Shown here: positions 1 through 7,817 of the stretch, in pieces | Layout of the letters: each line of letters begins with the position of its first letter | Numbering within the stretch: position 1 is the first letter of the stretch | Source of the DNA: Thermofilum pendens Hrk 5 | GTDB lineage: Archaea > Thermoproteota > Thermoprotei > Thermofilales > Thermofilaceae | Length of the DNA stretch: 32,000 nt | NCBI RefSeq assembly: GCF_000015225.1 | Contig: NC_008698.1 | Location: forward strand, 1,230,001 to 1,262,000 | Direction of reading: 5' to 3' | The notes under the pieces: generated by a model | Databases searched by the model: none | The model's input: the letters and a program-made list of their open reading frames with translations, nothing else | Told to the model about the DNA's origin: nothing | Translations under genes and position numbers: made by a program

Positions 1-542
1 AGGCCTGCCTGATGTGCAAGGTCTTCGGCGCCCCCTCGTTCTCCGGGCACGTCGAGTTCAGCGACGCCTACCCCGTCGACGAGAAGGGGGGCGTCGTCGA
101 CGTCTCCACCGGGGTGAGGACGGGCATAGCGATAAACAGGAGGACGGGCGCCGTCTACGAGAGGGCCCTCTACCAGGTCGAGTACGTCGAGCCGGGCGCG
201 AGGTTCAGGTTCGAGGCTAGGACTACGAACCTCCCCAACTACGCGCTCGGGCTCCTCTCCGCCGTCATCAGGATGATGAACGAGGGCTGGGTCAGGGTGG
301 GCGGCTTCAAGACGAGGGGCTTCGGAGAGGTGCGCGTGGAGGGCCTGGAGTTCGCGGCTAGGGGCGCGACTGTCCGCGGCTCGGTGCTGGTGAAGCTCGA
401 CGACTACGACTCGGACGTCGACCTCTCGGGCCTCGCCGAGGCCAGGGACGGGTGGCTAAGGGCCTCCGGGGACTCCGCCTGGAAGGCGCTGGCTAAGCTC
501 GAGGAGGTGTGGTCCAATGCAAGCTTCGGGAAGCGCGGTTAG
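1..542 (+). CDS. Type III RAMP protein, Cas7 (Csm3/Cmr4-like) family, C-terminal part; 5' end lies outside the window
   Basis: Frame is open from nt 3 (ACLMCKVFGAPSFSG, the C-x2-C-x-FG element common in Cas7 RAMPs). C-terminal glycine-rich loop VGGFKTRGFGEV. Overlaps the next RAMP gene by 26 nt, in the same operon as cas10. Confidence 0.7.
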   Translation, partial: ACLMCKVFGAPSFSGHVEFSDAYPVDEKGGVVDVSTGVRTGIAINRRTGAVYERALYQVEYVEPGARFRFEARTTNLPNYALGLLSAVIRMMNEGWVRVGGFKTRGFGEVRVEGLEFAARGATVRGSVLVKLDDYDSDVDLSGLAEARDGWLRASGDSAWKALAKLEEVWSNASFGKRG

Positions 543-1515
543 AGTCGCGAGGCGGGCGCCGAGGAGCAGGAGCGTGCTCGAAGGGCTTGCGGGCCGCCTC
601 GAGGTAGCGCTGGTCGCAGACAGCTACCTGCACGTGGGCTCCGGCGTCCAGCGCGTCTCCGTCCCAGTCGAGGAGGTCAGGTCCTCCGCATCCAGGGCTA
701 GGACGAGGAGGGAGCTCGAGGACCTCGTAGCGAGGCTGTCGGGGAAAATCGAGCTCGACTACGCCCAGCCGGTCTACGCCGGGGGCAGGCTGGTGGTGCC
801 GGGTAGCAGCGTCAAGGGGAACGTGAGGAGCAGGCTCGAGCTCAGCTTCAAGCCCAAGAACGGCGTGGCGAGGTCCTGCCTCATAAGGGCGACCGAGGGC
901 CCGGTGGCCCCGCCGAAGAAGGGGGAGCAGGGCTGGAGGCACTTCAGGGTCTGGGAGGCCTCCCTCTCCTACCCCGGCAGGGAGGCCTGCGAGTACAGCG
1001 AGGACTCGCCCGAGGTCTGCCTGCTGTGCGACATCTTCGGCACCGCCGGCCTACAGGGGCTCGTCTACTTCGGGGACCTGGTCGCCGCGCGCGCCGAGAC
1101 GGAGCGCGTCGAGCTCTACGCGGGCGAGAAGCTCTTGGCGGTGAAGCCCGGCGGCAGGTTCGAGGGCGCCGTTACCTTCAGGAACCTCAAGCCGGCGGAG
1201 CTGGGGCTACTGCTCTACGGCATGGGCTTCAGGGACGGGAGGATGGGCAGGCAGGTCCTCCTCGGAAAGCACAAGTACAGCTCGCCCGGGGAGAGGTTCG
1301 GCGTCGTACACTTCGAGCTCGAAGGGCTGGCCCTCGCCCCGTTCTCCGAGAAGCTTGAGGTGGGCGGAGCGTCGCTCGCGCCGGGCTCCAGGGCTTCGGG
1401 CGCGGAGCTCGACCGCCTAGTCTCCGCCCTGGTGGGCGCGGCTAGGTCGGAGTTCGGGGACGAGTTGCTTGACGTAGACGAGGTGGGGGCGGTTGAGTCT
1501 CTCGCTGGAGCTTAG
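517..1515 (+). CDS. Type III RAMP protein (large Cas7-like variant; finer Csm5/Cmr assignment unresolved)
   Basis: VVPGSSVKGNVRSRLE RAMP motif, CLLCDIFGTAG, G-rich C-terminal segment LGKHKYSSPGERFGVV. ATG at 517. Overlaps both neighbouring cas genes. Confidence 0.65.
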   Translation: MQASGSAVRVARRAPRSRSVLEGLAGRLEVALVADSYLHVGSGVQRVSVPVEEVRSSASRARTRRELEDLVARLSGKIELDYAQPVYAGGRLVVPGSSVKGNVRSRLELSFKPKNGVARSCLIRATEGPVAPPKKGEQGWRHFRVWEASLSYPGREACEYSEDSPEVCLLCDIFGTAGLQGLVYFGDLVAARAETERVELYAGEKLLAVKPGGRFEGAVTFRNLKPAELGLLLYGMGFRDGRMGRQVLLGKHKYSSPGERFGVVHFELEGLALAPFSEKLEVGGASLAPGSRASGAELDRLVSALVGAARSEFGDELLDVDEVGAVESLAGA

Positions 1516-4237
1516 GGAGCCGTACCCCGTGTACAGGGCGTTCAGGGTCCCCGTCTGGGGGAGGTGCGGCCCGGTCAGCGTGAGGAGGGTCGAGCCGGGC
1601 GACGTGAAGGCCCTGGAGTGGTTCATCGGGGCGGCCAGGAGGCTGGCGGAGAGGCTCGCCGCGGAGGCCCGGGACGACTACGAGAAGCTGGAAGTCGTCG
1701 CGAACGTCGCCGCCGTGCTCCTCAAGGCCCCTCTCTCGCGGGAGCTCTCGCCCGTGCACCCGAGCCCTATGAAAGCCCAGGTGGCGCTCCTAGCCCTCCC
1801 CGACGCCCTCTTCAAGAGGTACTTCGGGCTGGTGAAGGGCGACGTCTACTCGATGCTCCGCGACGTCCTCGGGCTCGACCTGGGGGCCATGGGGCTCGGC
1901 GAGGTCTTCGGGCGCGAGGCCTACGAGAACGTGTACAGGCTGTGGGTAGCGTTCCCGGCTGACACGAGGCCCGGGTACAACACGTCGAGCCTAGCCGCCC
2001 ACCTGCTCATGACCTCCGCTCTGGCGTGGGCCCTGGCCTACGAGTCCGGGAAGACGGAGGAGGAGAGGCGCAGGGAGGCCGCGGTCGCCAGGGTTGCCGC
2101 CCTCCTCCACGACATAGGCAAGGCGGTGGACCCGGAGAGGCACGCCGAGGAGTCTGCCAGGATAGCCGAGTACCTCCTCAAGGGGATAGTGGGCGACGAG
2201 GTCCTCGCCAGGGTGGTGGGGGAGGTCAGGGAGCACCACGCCCGCGAGGGCTACGTGAGCAGGGCCGACAGGCTGGCGTCGGCCGCGGACAGGCTCGCCA
2301 AGGTCGTCGACAGGGCTATAGGGGACAGGGTCTCCAGGATGGAGGGGCTGGTGGGCGGGAGGAGGGACGACTGGGGCTTCTGGAGGAGGCTCTACGAGAG
2401 GCTCGACGACCTCAAGAGGGAGGGGCTCGCCAGGGAGGACCCCGTCAAGGAGCTGACTGAGCTCTTCCTGGAGAGAGCGGAGGAAGCCGCCGAGAATGTG
2501 AGGAAGGAGGAGAAGGAGGAGGGTGTGAAGGGCTTAACGCTACTCCTCTTCGACGTTGGCTCCATACAGGAGTTCGTCTACAGGAGCATGGAGCTCAGGG
2601 TTGTAGCCGCGGCGAGCCTCCTAGTGGACTTCGTGACGTACTCCTACCTGCCGCTCTACCTGAGGGCTAACGGCGTGCGCGTACCGCCGGAGGCATTCCT
2701 CTACTCCGGGGGCGGTATCCTCCTCATGTTGCTACCGGAGTCGCTCGCCGAGAGAGTCTGGGAGCTCGCCCGGAAGGTCAAAGAGGAGTTGCCGGAGCCG
2801 CTGAGGCTGGTGGTAGCGGATGCGGAGTTCCACGTGGACTTCAAGACAGCCTGGGAGAAGATCGAGGAGGCCCTGCTGATCGCCAAGCTCGGCGTAGAGC
2901 TGGCGGACGAGCCGCAGTTCGACCCGCAGAACGGCAGGGAGCTCTGCAGGCTCTGCCTGAGGGAGTGGGCCTCAACGAGTGTTCGCACGCCCGAAGGCGA
3001 GGTACCCGCGTGCCAGACATGCAGCAGGCTCTACGATCTGGGCTCCGAGGTCCACTTCCGCAAGAAGTGGGAGTCGAGGGTCGAGGTGGGAGGCCGCTCC
3101 TTCACCCCGAGCGAGGCCTTCGATGCGGTGTGGAATGATGTGTCGAAGTTCGTGGTAGAGGTTATCGCGGGCCACGACCCGAGGGAGGCGGCTAAGCCCA
3201 AGCGCCTCAGGGACTGCGCGGTGATCAAGTTCGACGGGAACGCGATGGGAGCGTTCATGTCGAAGGCCCTGTCCTTCACGGACGCCATCGAGAGGAGCTT
3301 CAGGGTGGACATGGCCTTGAAGAACGCCTACCTCAAGGCCCTCGAAGCCCTCTACGAGGGGGTCAGGAGGGTCGCGGGCGACGGGGCGGCGGAAGCCGAG
3401 GTGGCGAGGGTGTTCCTGGGGACGCTGTACATGGGAGGGGACGACGGCGTCCTGATAGCTCCTGCGTGGGCGGCGCCCCTCCTAGCCCACTTCATAGCGG
3501 AGGAGTTCTCGAGGCAGCTCGGGCTGGTCGCGACGCTCACGGCCTCCGTCGCCGCGGGGCCCGCCAGGATGAGCGTGTGGTCTCTCGTCGACTGCGCGTC
3601 GGCGGAGATGGAGGAGGCGAAGCTCGCCGCTACGAGGCACAGGTGCGGCGCGTTAGTCTTCGACGTGTTCGACTCCGGCTCGCCGTCCGGGGCGACAGCC
3701 AGGGAGAGGCTGAAGAGGTACTCGCGGAAGCTTGGCGAGAAGTCGAGGGACCAGCTCATAGACGGCTACCAGCCCTACCTCATCGAGAGGAAGGCTCTCA
3801 GCGGGGAGGGAGTCCCGGAGGCGTGGGCCAGGCTGTTCAGCCACGTCCTCGGGGTTCCGGCGCGGGGCGCCTGGTGCGAGGACTCCTCGTTCAAAGCCCA
3901 CGCGGAGGCTTTCGGGAAAGCTTACCTGGCTTCGAGGGCGGAGGGCGAGGACGAGGAGGTCGAGAGGGCTAGGAAGAGGCTGGCGGCGCTGAGGAGGGTC
4001 GCCCTGGACACGTGGAGGGAGGTCTCGGGCTCCGCGTACTGGAGGGAGCAGGCGTACATATACGTGCTCAGGCAGCTGGAGTCCGAGGCCCTCGGCGAGG
4101 AGACAAGCGAGGCGTACGGCGCGCTCAAGCGCTTCATCGAGTCGAACCTGTTCGACGAGTCTGGGAACGCGTCGGGCTACGTGCCCCTGGTCGACCTCCT
4201 CACGTTCATAAAGCTGGTTAAGGGTGGTGCGTGGTGA
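1493..4237 (+). CDS. cas10: Cas10, type III large subunit (HD nuclease plus cyclase/Palm domains)
   Basis: HD domain: LAAH(170)LL ... AALLH(206)D(207)IGK ... VREHH. Palm-1 signature LLLFDVGSIQEFVY. Zn-finger-like CRLC...CQTC. GGDD motif LYMGGDDGVLIAP (nt 3434-3445). 914 aa from the 1493 start; an in-frame ATG at 1769 is an alternative start. Confidence 0.9.
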   Translation: MSLSLELREPYPVYRAFRVPVWGRCGPVSVRRVEPGDVKALEWFIGAARRLAERLAAEARDDYEKLEVVANVAAVLLKAPLSRELSPVHPSPMKAQVALLALPDALFKRYFGLVKGDVYSMLRDVLGLDLGAMGLGEVFGREAYENVYRLWVAFPADTRPGYNTSSLAAHLLMTSALAWALAYESGKTEEERRREAAVARVAALLHDIGKAVDPERHAEESARIAEYLLKGIVGDEVLARVVGEVREHHAREGYVSRADRLASAADRLAKVVDRAIGDRVSRMEGLVGGRRDDWGFWRRLYERLDDLKREGLAREDPVKELTELFLERAEEAAENVRKEEKEEGVKGLTLLLFDVGSIQEFVYRSMELRVVAAASLLVDFVTYSYLPLYLRANGVRVPPEAFLYSGGGILLMLLPESLAERVWELARKVKEELPEPLRLVVADAEFHVDFKTAWEKIEEALLIAKLGVELADEPQFDPQNGRELCRLCLREWASTSVRTPEGEVPACQTCSRLYDLGSEVHFRKKWESRVEVGGRSFTPSEAFDAVWNDVSKFVVEVIAGHDPREAAKPKRLRDCAVIKFDGNAMGAFMSKALSFTDAIERSFRVDMALKNAYLKALEALYEGVRRVAGDGAAEAEVARVFLGTLYMGGDDGVLIAPAWAAPLLAHFIAEEFSRQLGLVATLTASVAAGPARMSVWSLVDCASAEMEEAKLAATRHRCGALVFDVFDSGSPSGATARERLKRYSRKLGEKSRDQLIDGYQPYLIERKALSGEGVPEAWARLFSHVLGVPARGAWCEDSSFKAHAEAFGKAYLASRAEGEDEEVERARKRLAALRRVALDTWREVSGSAYWREQAYIYVLRQLESEALGEETSEAYGALKRFIESNLFDESGNASGYVPLVDLLTFIKLVKGGAW

Positions 4238-4899
4238 TAAGGTTCAGGCTTAGGCTTAGGGCCGTCTCCCTGCTGACGGTCGGCTGGGGCATACCGGACG
4301 TCCTGGGGGCGGACATAGTGACGGCGAGGAAGGTCAAGGCGGACGGCACCTACGAGTACTACGTGCCCGGGAGCACGGTGAAGGGCGTGCTGAGGAGCGC
4401 GGCGAGCAGGGTGGCGGGCGCCTACGGCTTCACGAGCTGCGGCGAGGTGGACCCGGAGAAGGTGAGGAAGGCCCACGAGGCCATGGGAGGCCCCTGCGAC
4501 GTCTGCACGCTGTTCGGCTACCCCTACCCGAGCGTGGAGGGGGCGTCGAAGGTCTACGTCAGCGACTTCTCGCCCGTCGGGAGGCCGGCCCCGGTCATAG
4601 TGGCGAGGACGGCGCTCAGGGACGACACCCAGACCGTGCGCGAGGGGAGCCTGAGGAGCGTCGAGCACCTGCTACCCGGCTCCGAGTTCGTGGGGGAGGT
4701 CAGGGTGGACGGGGCGGCCTCCCGCCTGGTCCCCCTGCTCCTCCTCGCGGTGGCTGAGCTAAGGACGAGCAGGGTGGGCAGGGGCTCGCTCGTCGACGCG
4801 AGGGTCGAGGACGGCGGCGCGCTGGACGCGGTCGTGGCGCCCGAGTGGAGGGGGTTGCTGGAGGGCGTTAGGTCCTGGCTCTGGGAGGGGGTGGTCTGA
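4231..4899 (+). CDS. Type III RAMP protein, Cas7 (Csm3-like)
   Basis: YYVPGSTVKGVLRSAASR, CDVCTLFGYP. N-terminal TVGWGIPDVLGADIV could carry the Csm3-type catalytic Asp. GTG start overlaps the cas10 stop by 7 nt. Confidence 0.75.
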   Translation: MVIRFRLRLRAVSLLTVGWGIPDVLGADIVTARKVKADGTYEYYVPGSTVKGVLRSAASRVAGAYGFTSCGEVDPEKVRKAHEAMGGPCDVCTLFGYPYPSVEGASKVYVSDFSPVGRPAPVIVARTALRDDTQTVREGSLRSVEHLLPGSEFVGEVRVDGAASRLVPLLLLAVAELRTSRVGRGSLVDARVEDGGALDAVVAPEWRGLLEGVRSWLWEGVV

Positions 4900-5873
4900 T
4901 GCTGTACGAGGCGAGGCTGGTACTGAGGAGCCCCGCGATAGTCGTGGAGAGGAGGACCGAGAGGGGCTACGTGAAGCCGCTCGGCTACATCCCGGGCTCG
5001 ACGCTCAGGGGCGCTATCCTCGACGCCCTGCGCGCGGAGGGGGTCCTGTCGCTGGACGACCTCAGGAGGGAGGCGGAGAGCCCGTCCGTCCTCTCGTCGC
5101 CCGCCTACCCGCTCGTGGGCGGGAAGAGGGCCCTGCCCGCCTCGCCGTTCGCCGCGTACTGCAGGGAGTGCGGGGTTGTCTACGACTTCGCCCCCGTCTA
5201 CGCGCGCCAAGGGAAGCTCGAGAGCATCAAGTGCCCCGTCGGCAGGGACCACACGCTCAAGCCGGCCTACCCGGGCATCGTCGTCTACAAGCGCGTGGCC
5301 GAGGGAGGGGTTGTCGTCGCGGAGAAGGCGCCCATCAGGACGTTCAGGTCGACCTCGGTGGGCGTGAGCAAGAGGAGGGGGGCGTTCGAGAGGGGGATGC
5401 TCTTCGACTACGAGGCGGTGGCGGAGGGTACGGAGTTCTGGGCGTACGTCTGGGCCCCCTTCGACCTGCCGGGGAGGCTGGAGGTTACGGTTGGGCGCGG
5501 TGCTTCGAGGGGCTTCGGGTGGGCGGAGCTCACGCTGAAGGCGGCGGGCAGCGCCCCCTTCTCCGCCTCCGGCCTCTTCGTAGCCCTCTCGCCGCTGGTG
5601 CCGTTGAAGAAGGCGTCGTGGGGCGACTGCACGCTCGAGGTCGAGAGGGTGCTCGGGAGGACGTACAGGGTGCTCGCCGGCTGGGACTCCTTCAAGAGGT
5701 CTCCGCTACCCGTAGTGGAGCTCGTTAGGCAGGGCGCGCTCGTCGAGGGCAGGGTTTCCTGCAACCGCGACCCGAGGGCGGGGATCCCGGTGAGGCTGGG
5801 CGGCTACTGGCTCACGGGCGTGAACGCGGTCGTACCGTTCGGGGAGTACCTGAGGGGTGGTGGGGTTGGGTAG
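4899..5873 (+). CDS. Type III Cas5-family RAMP (Csm4/Csx10-like) with a Cys-rich insertion
   Basis: GYIPGSTLRGAILDAL near the N-terminus. G-rich loop VTVGRGASRGFGWAEL. Insertion CRECG...x...KCPVGRDH resembles a zinc ribbon. ATG overlaps the preceding stop (ATGA). Confidence 0.65.
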   Translation: MLYEARLVLRSPAIVVERRTERGYVKPLGYIPGSTLRGAILDALRAEGVLSLDDLRREAESPSVLSSPAYPLVGGKRALPASPFAAYCRECGVVYDFAPVYARQGKLESIKCPVGRDHTLKPAYPGIVVYKRVAEGGVVVAEKAPIRTFRSTSVGVSKRRGAFERGMLFDYEAVAEGTEFWAYVWAPFDLPGRLEVTVGRGASRGFGWAELTLKAAGSAPFSASGLFVALSPLVPLKKASWGDCTLEVERVLGRTYRVLAGWDSFKRSPLPVVELVRQGALVEGRVSCNRDPRAGIPVRLGGYWLTGVNAVVPFGEYLRGGGVG

Positions 5874-6723
5874 GGCGCAGTTCCAGGCTAAGTTCGCGGC
5901 GATACTAGCCTTTGAGGCCAGGGGCCCCCTGCACGTGGGCGGGAGGAGGGAGGGCAACGTGCTCTACGCGCTGAGGCTCCCGGACGGCAGGCTCCTCGTA
6001 CCAGGCTCGACGTGGAAGGGAGCGTTCAGGAGCATAGCCGAGAAGCTGGCGCCGTCCATCCCCGCGACGGGCCCCGAGAAGCTCGCCCTGGAGCTCGCGG
6101 CGGCCGGGGAGAGGGGGAGGGACGCCTACCTCGAGAAGTTGCGCGGCGACTTCGAGGCCGCCCTGAAGGGCGCGGCTACGCGCTTCGACCCCGCGGACGT
6201 GAAGCGCGTCGTGGGGGAGCTGGGCCTCGACCGCGAAGCCGGCATCGACGCGCGGGAAGCCCTGGAGCAGTACCTCGAGTACTACTGCCCCGTCGGGAAG
6301 CTCTTCGGCAACAGGGTCAGGGCGGGTAGCCTGAAGTTCGCGGACTCCGTCGTCGAGGCGCCCACGTTCAGGAAGCCGGGGGTCGGGATAGACAGGAAGA
6401 CCGGGACCGTCAAGGAGGGCGTGCTGTACTTCGTGGAAGCCGGGGACCCAGGCGCCCCTGTCAAGCTCTTAATGGTCGGGGAGGTCGACGAGAGGGGGAG
6501 CGCGGCGTCCAGGCTACTCGCGTCCACGCTCCTCTACGTCAAGGAGCTGGGGGTCGCGGTCGGGGGCAAGAAGAGCACCGGGATGGGCCTGCTGGAGCTG
6601 AGGGACGCCAGGATCCACGTAGTCGAGTACGCCGCCGACAAGGGAGGAGCCATGCTCGCACAGCTACTCAAAACCAAGCCGATGGGCGTCGAGGAGTTCG
6701 CGGCATGGCTGGAGGCGCGGTAG
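5857..6723 (+). CDS. Type III RAMP protein, Cas7-like (Csm3/Csm5/Cmr6-like)
   Basis: LLVPGSTWKGAFRSIAEK, YYCPVGKLFGN, G-rich loop VGGKKSTGMGLLEL. Overlaps the upstream gene by 17 nt. Confidence 0.7.
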   Translation: MVGLGRAQFQAKFAAILAFEARGPLHVGGRREGNVLYALRLPDGRLLVPGSTWKGAFRSIAEKLAPSIPATGPEKLALELAAAGERGRDAYLEKLRGDFEAALKGAATRFDPADVKRVVGELGLDREAGIDAREALEQYLEYYCPVGKLFGNRVRAGSLKFADSVVEAPTFRKPGVGIDRKTGTVKEGVLYFVEAGDPGAPVKLLMVGEVDERGSAASRLLASTLLYVKELGVAVGGKKSTGMGLLELRDARIHVVEYAADKGGAMLAQLLKTKPMGVEEFAAWLEAR

Positions 6724-7148
6724 TCGCGGCGTTCAGGGGGAGGGCGCCCGGGAGGTGCAGGGAGCTCTCAGAGCCCGTGAACGGCTGGGTGTGGGCCGAG
6801 TGCCGGAGCGTCCAAGACCTCTACGCCGGGCTAGCCGAGGAGGCAAGGGCGGGGCGCCAGCCGAGCCCCGTGGCGACCCCCTACGGCGTGCTAGACCCCC
6901 TGGACCCCCGCCTCGAGGAGGCCTGCACGTACGGCAGGGTGGGCGGAGCAGTCAAGCTGAAGCCCTCCTCGGGGGTGGCGGACGCGCTGAAAGCACTGCT
7001 AGAGGTGGGAGCAACGTACGCCAAGGTCAACGGGTCGATCGTGGAAGCCGAGATACCAGAAACCCCGCTCGAAGAGCTACTCGCCAGGGGCCTCGTACCG
7101 CTCTCTTGGCAGAAGCCAGCCCGCGTAGAGCTAGCCAGGGCCCCCTAG
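6705..7148 (+). CDS. Hypothetical protein, last gene of the type III operon (candidate uncharacterised subunit or accessory protein)
   Basis: ATG at 6705 overlaps the preceding cas7-like gene by 19 nt, and a T6 tract follows the stop. I recognise no motif. The competing ORF 6755-7171 is R/G-rich and looks like a GC artefact. Confidence 0.5.
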   Translation: MAGGAVVAAFRGRAPGRCRELSEPVNGWVWAECRSVQDLYAGLAEEARAGRQPSPVATPYGVLDPLDPRLEEACTYGRVGGAVKLKPSSGVADALKALLEVGATYAKVNGSIVEAEIPETPLEELLARGLVPLSWQKPARVELARAP

Positions 7149-7161
7149 CTCGTGCAACCTC

Positions 7162-7167
7162 TTTTTT
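7162..7167 (+). terminator. Oligo-T tract (TTTTTT) directly after the type III operon
   Basis: CCTCTTTTTTCTAGG lies 14 nt after the 7148 stop. Archaeal termination commonly uses oligo-T. A TATA-like GATTTATG follows, before the next gene. Confidence 0.4.
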
Positions 7168-7205
7168 CTAGGCCTGCGCGCGTTGAGGATTTATGCTCGT
7201 AGCCC

Positions 7206-7781
7206 GTGGCTAAGAGTGTGGGCTGGACCGCTCTGAGGGCGGCTCTCTCGAGGAGGATCGAGGAGGAGTTCCCGGGGCTCGAGGGCTGGGAGGAGGGCTT
7301 GATGCTTGGGGTCTGCGAGAAGGACTTCCTGAACTACGTCTGCGTCGAGAAGGGGTTCGGGGGCCCCGGCGAGGCATACGCGTACGTGGAGGGGCTAGCC
7401 GAGGAGAAGCCCGCGGAGTTCGCCTCGATCCTCGGGGACTGGTTCGACCTCTGGGCAGCCAAGTGGAGGCAGAGGGTGTGGGTCGCGCCGCGGGGCGCCC
7501 GCGAAGAGGGGCCGAGCGTGCTCGAAGAACTCCCGGCGGCCAGGGAGGCGCGCCGCCTAGCCCTAGCGTTGCTGATAAGGAGGGGTGAGGTCTGCTTCAC
7601 GGACGCCCTGGCCTCCGCCGCCGTTAGGGGCGCGCTGGCGCGCATAGCGTCGAGGATGGGCGTGGGGGCGGCGAGGAGGGTTGCCGAGTCGGACCCGCAG
7701 ATGCTCGCGGCGGAGGTGGAGAGGGCCGTGAAGGAGATAGCGTCGCGCAGAGGACCCCTAGTGCTCGTAAAGCCCTGGTAG
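7206..7781 (+). CDS. Hypothetical protein (191 aa, predicted helical)
   Basis: GTG-initiated ORF with protein-like composition, preceded by a TATA-like TTTAT about 15 nt upstream. No recognisable motif. Confidence 0.45.
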   Translation: MAKSVGWTALRAALSRRIEEEFPGLEGWEEGLMLGVCEKDFLNYVCVEKGFGGPGEAYAYVEGLAEEKPAEFASILGDWFDLWAAKWRQRVWVAPRGAREEGPSVLEELPAAREARRLALALLIRRGEVCFTDALASAAVRGALARIASRMGVGAARRVAESDPQMLAAEVERAVKEIASRRGPLVLVKPW

Positions 7782-7790
7782 CCGAGAACC

Positions 7791-7797
7791 TTAAATA
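7791..7797 (+). promoter_or_regulatory. TATA-box-like element (AACCTTAAATACC context)
   Basis: TTAAATA lies about 27-36 nt upstream of the GTG 7818 and ATG 7827 candidate starts. A nearly identical AACCTTAATACC precedes the 14826 ORF. Confidence 0.35.
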
Positions 7798-7817
7798 CCG
7801 GGGAAGGGGAGAGTGAA

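Noticed and set aside
272-282. GGATGATGAAC, resembling a C box of a C/D box sRNA.
   Set aside because: It lies inside a well-supported cas7 coding frame, and there is no D box (CTGA) or terminal stem at the appropriate distance.
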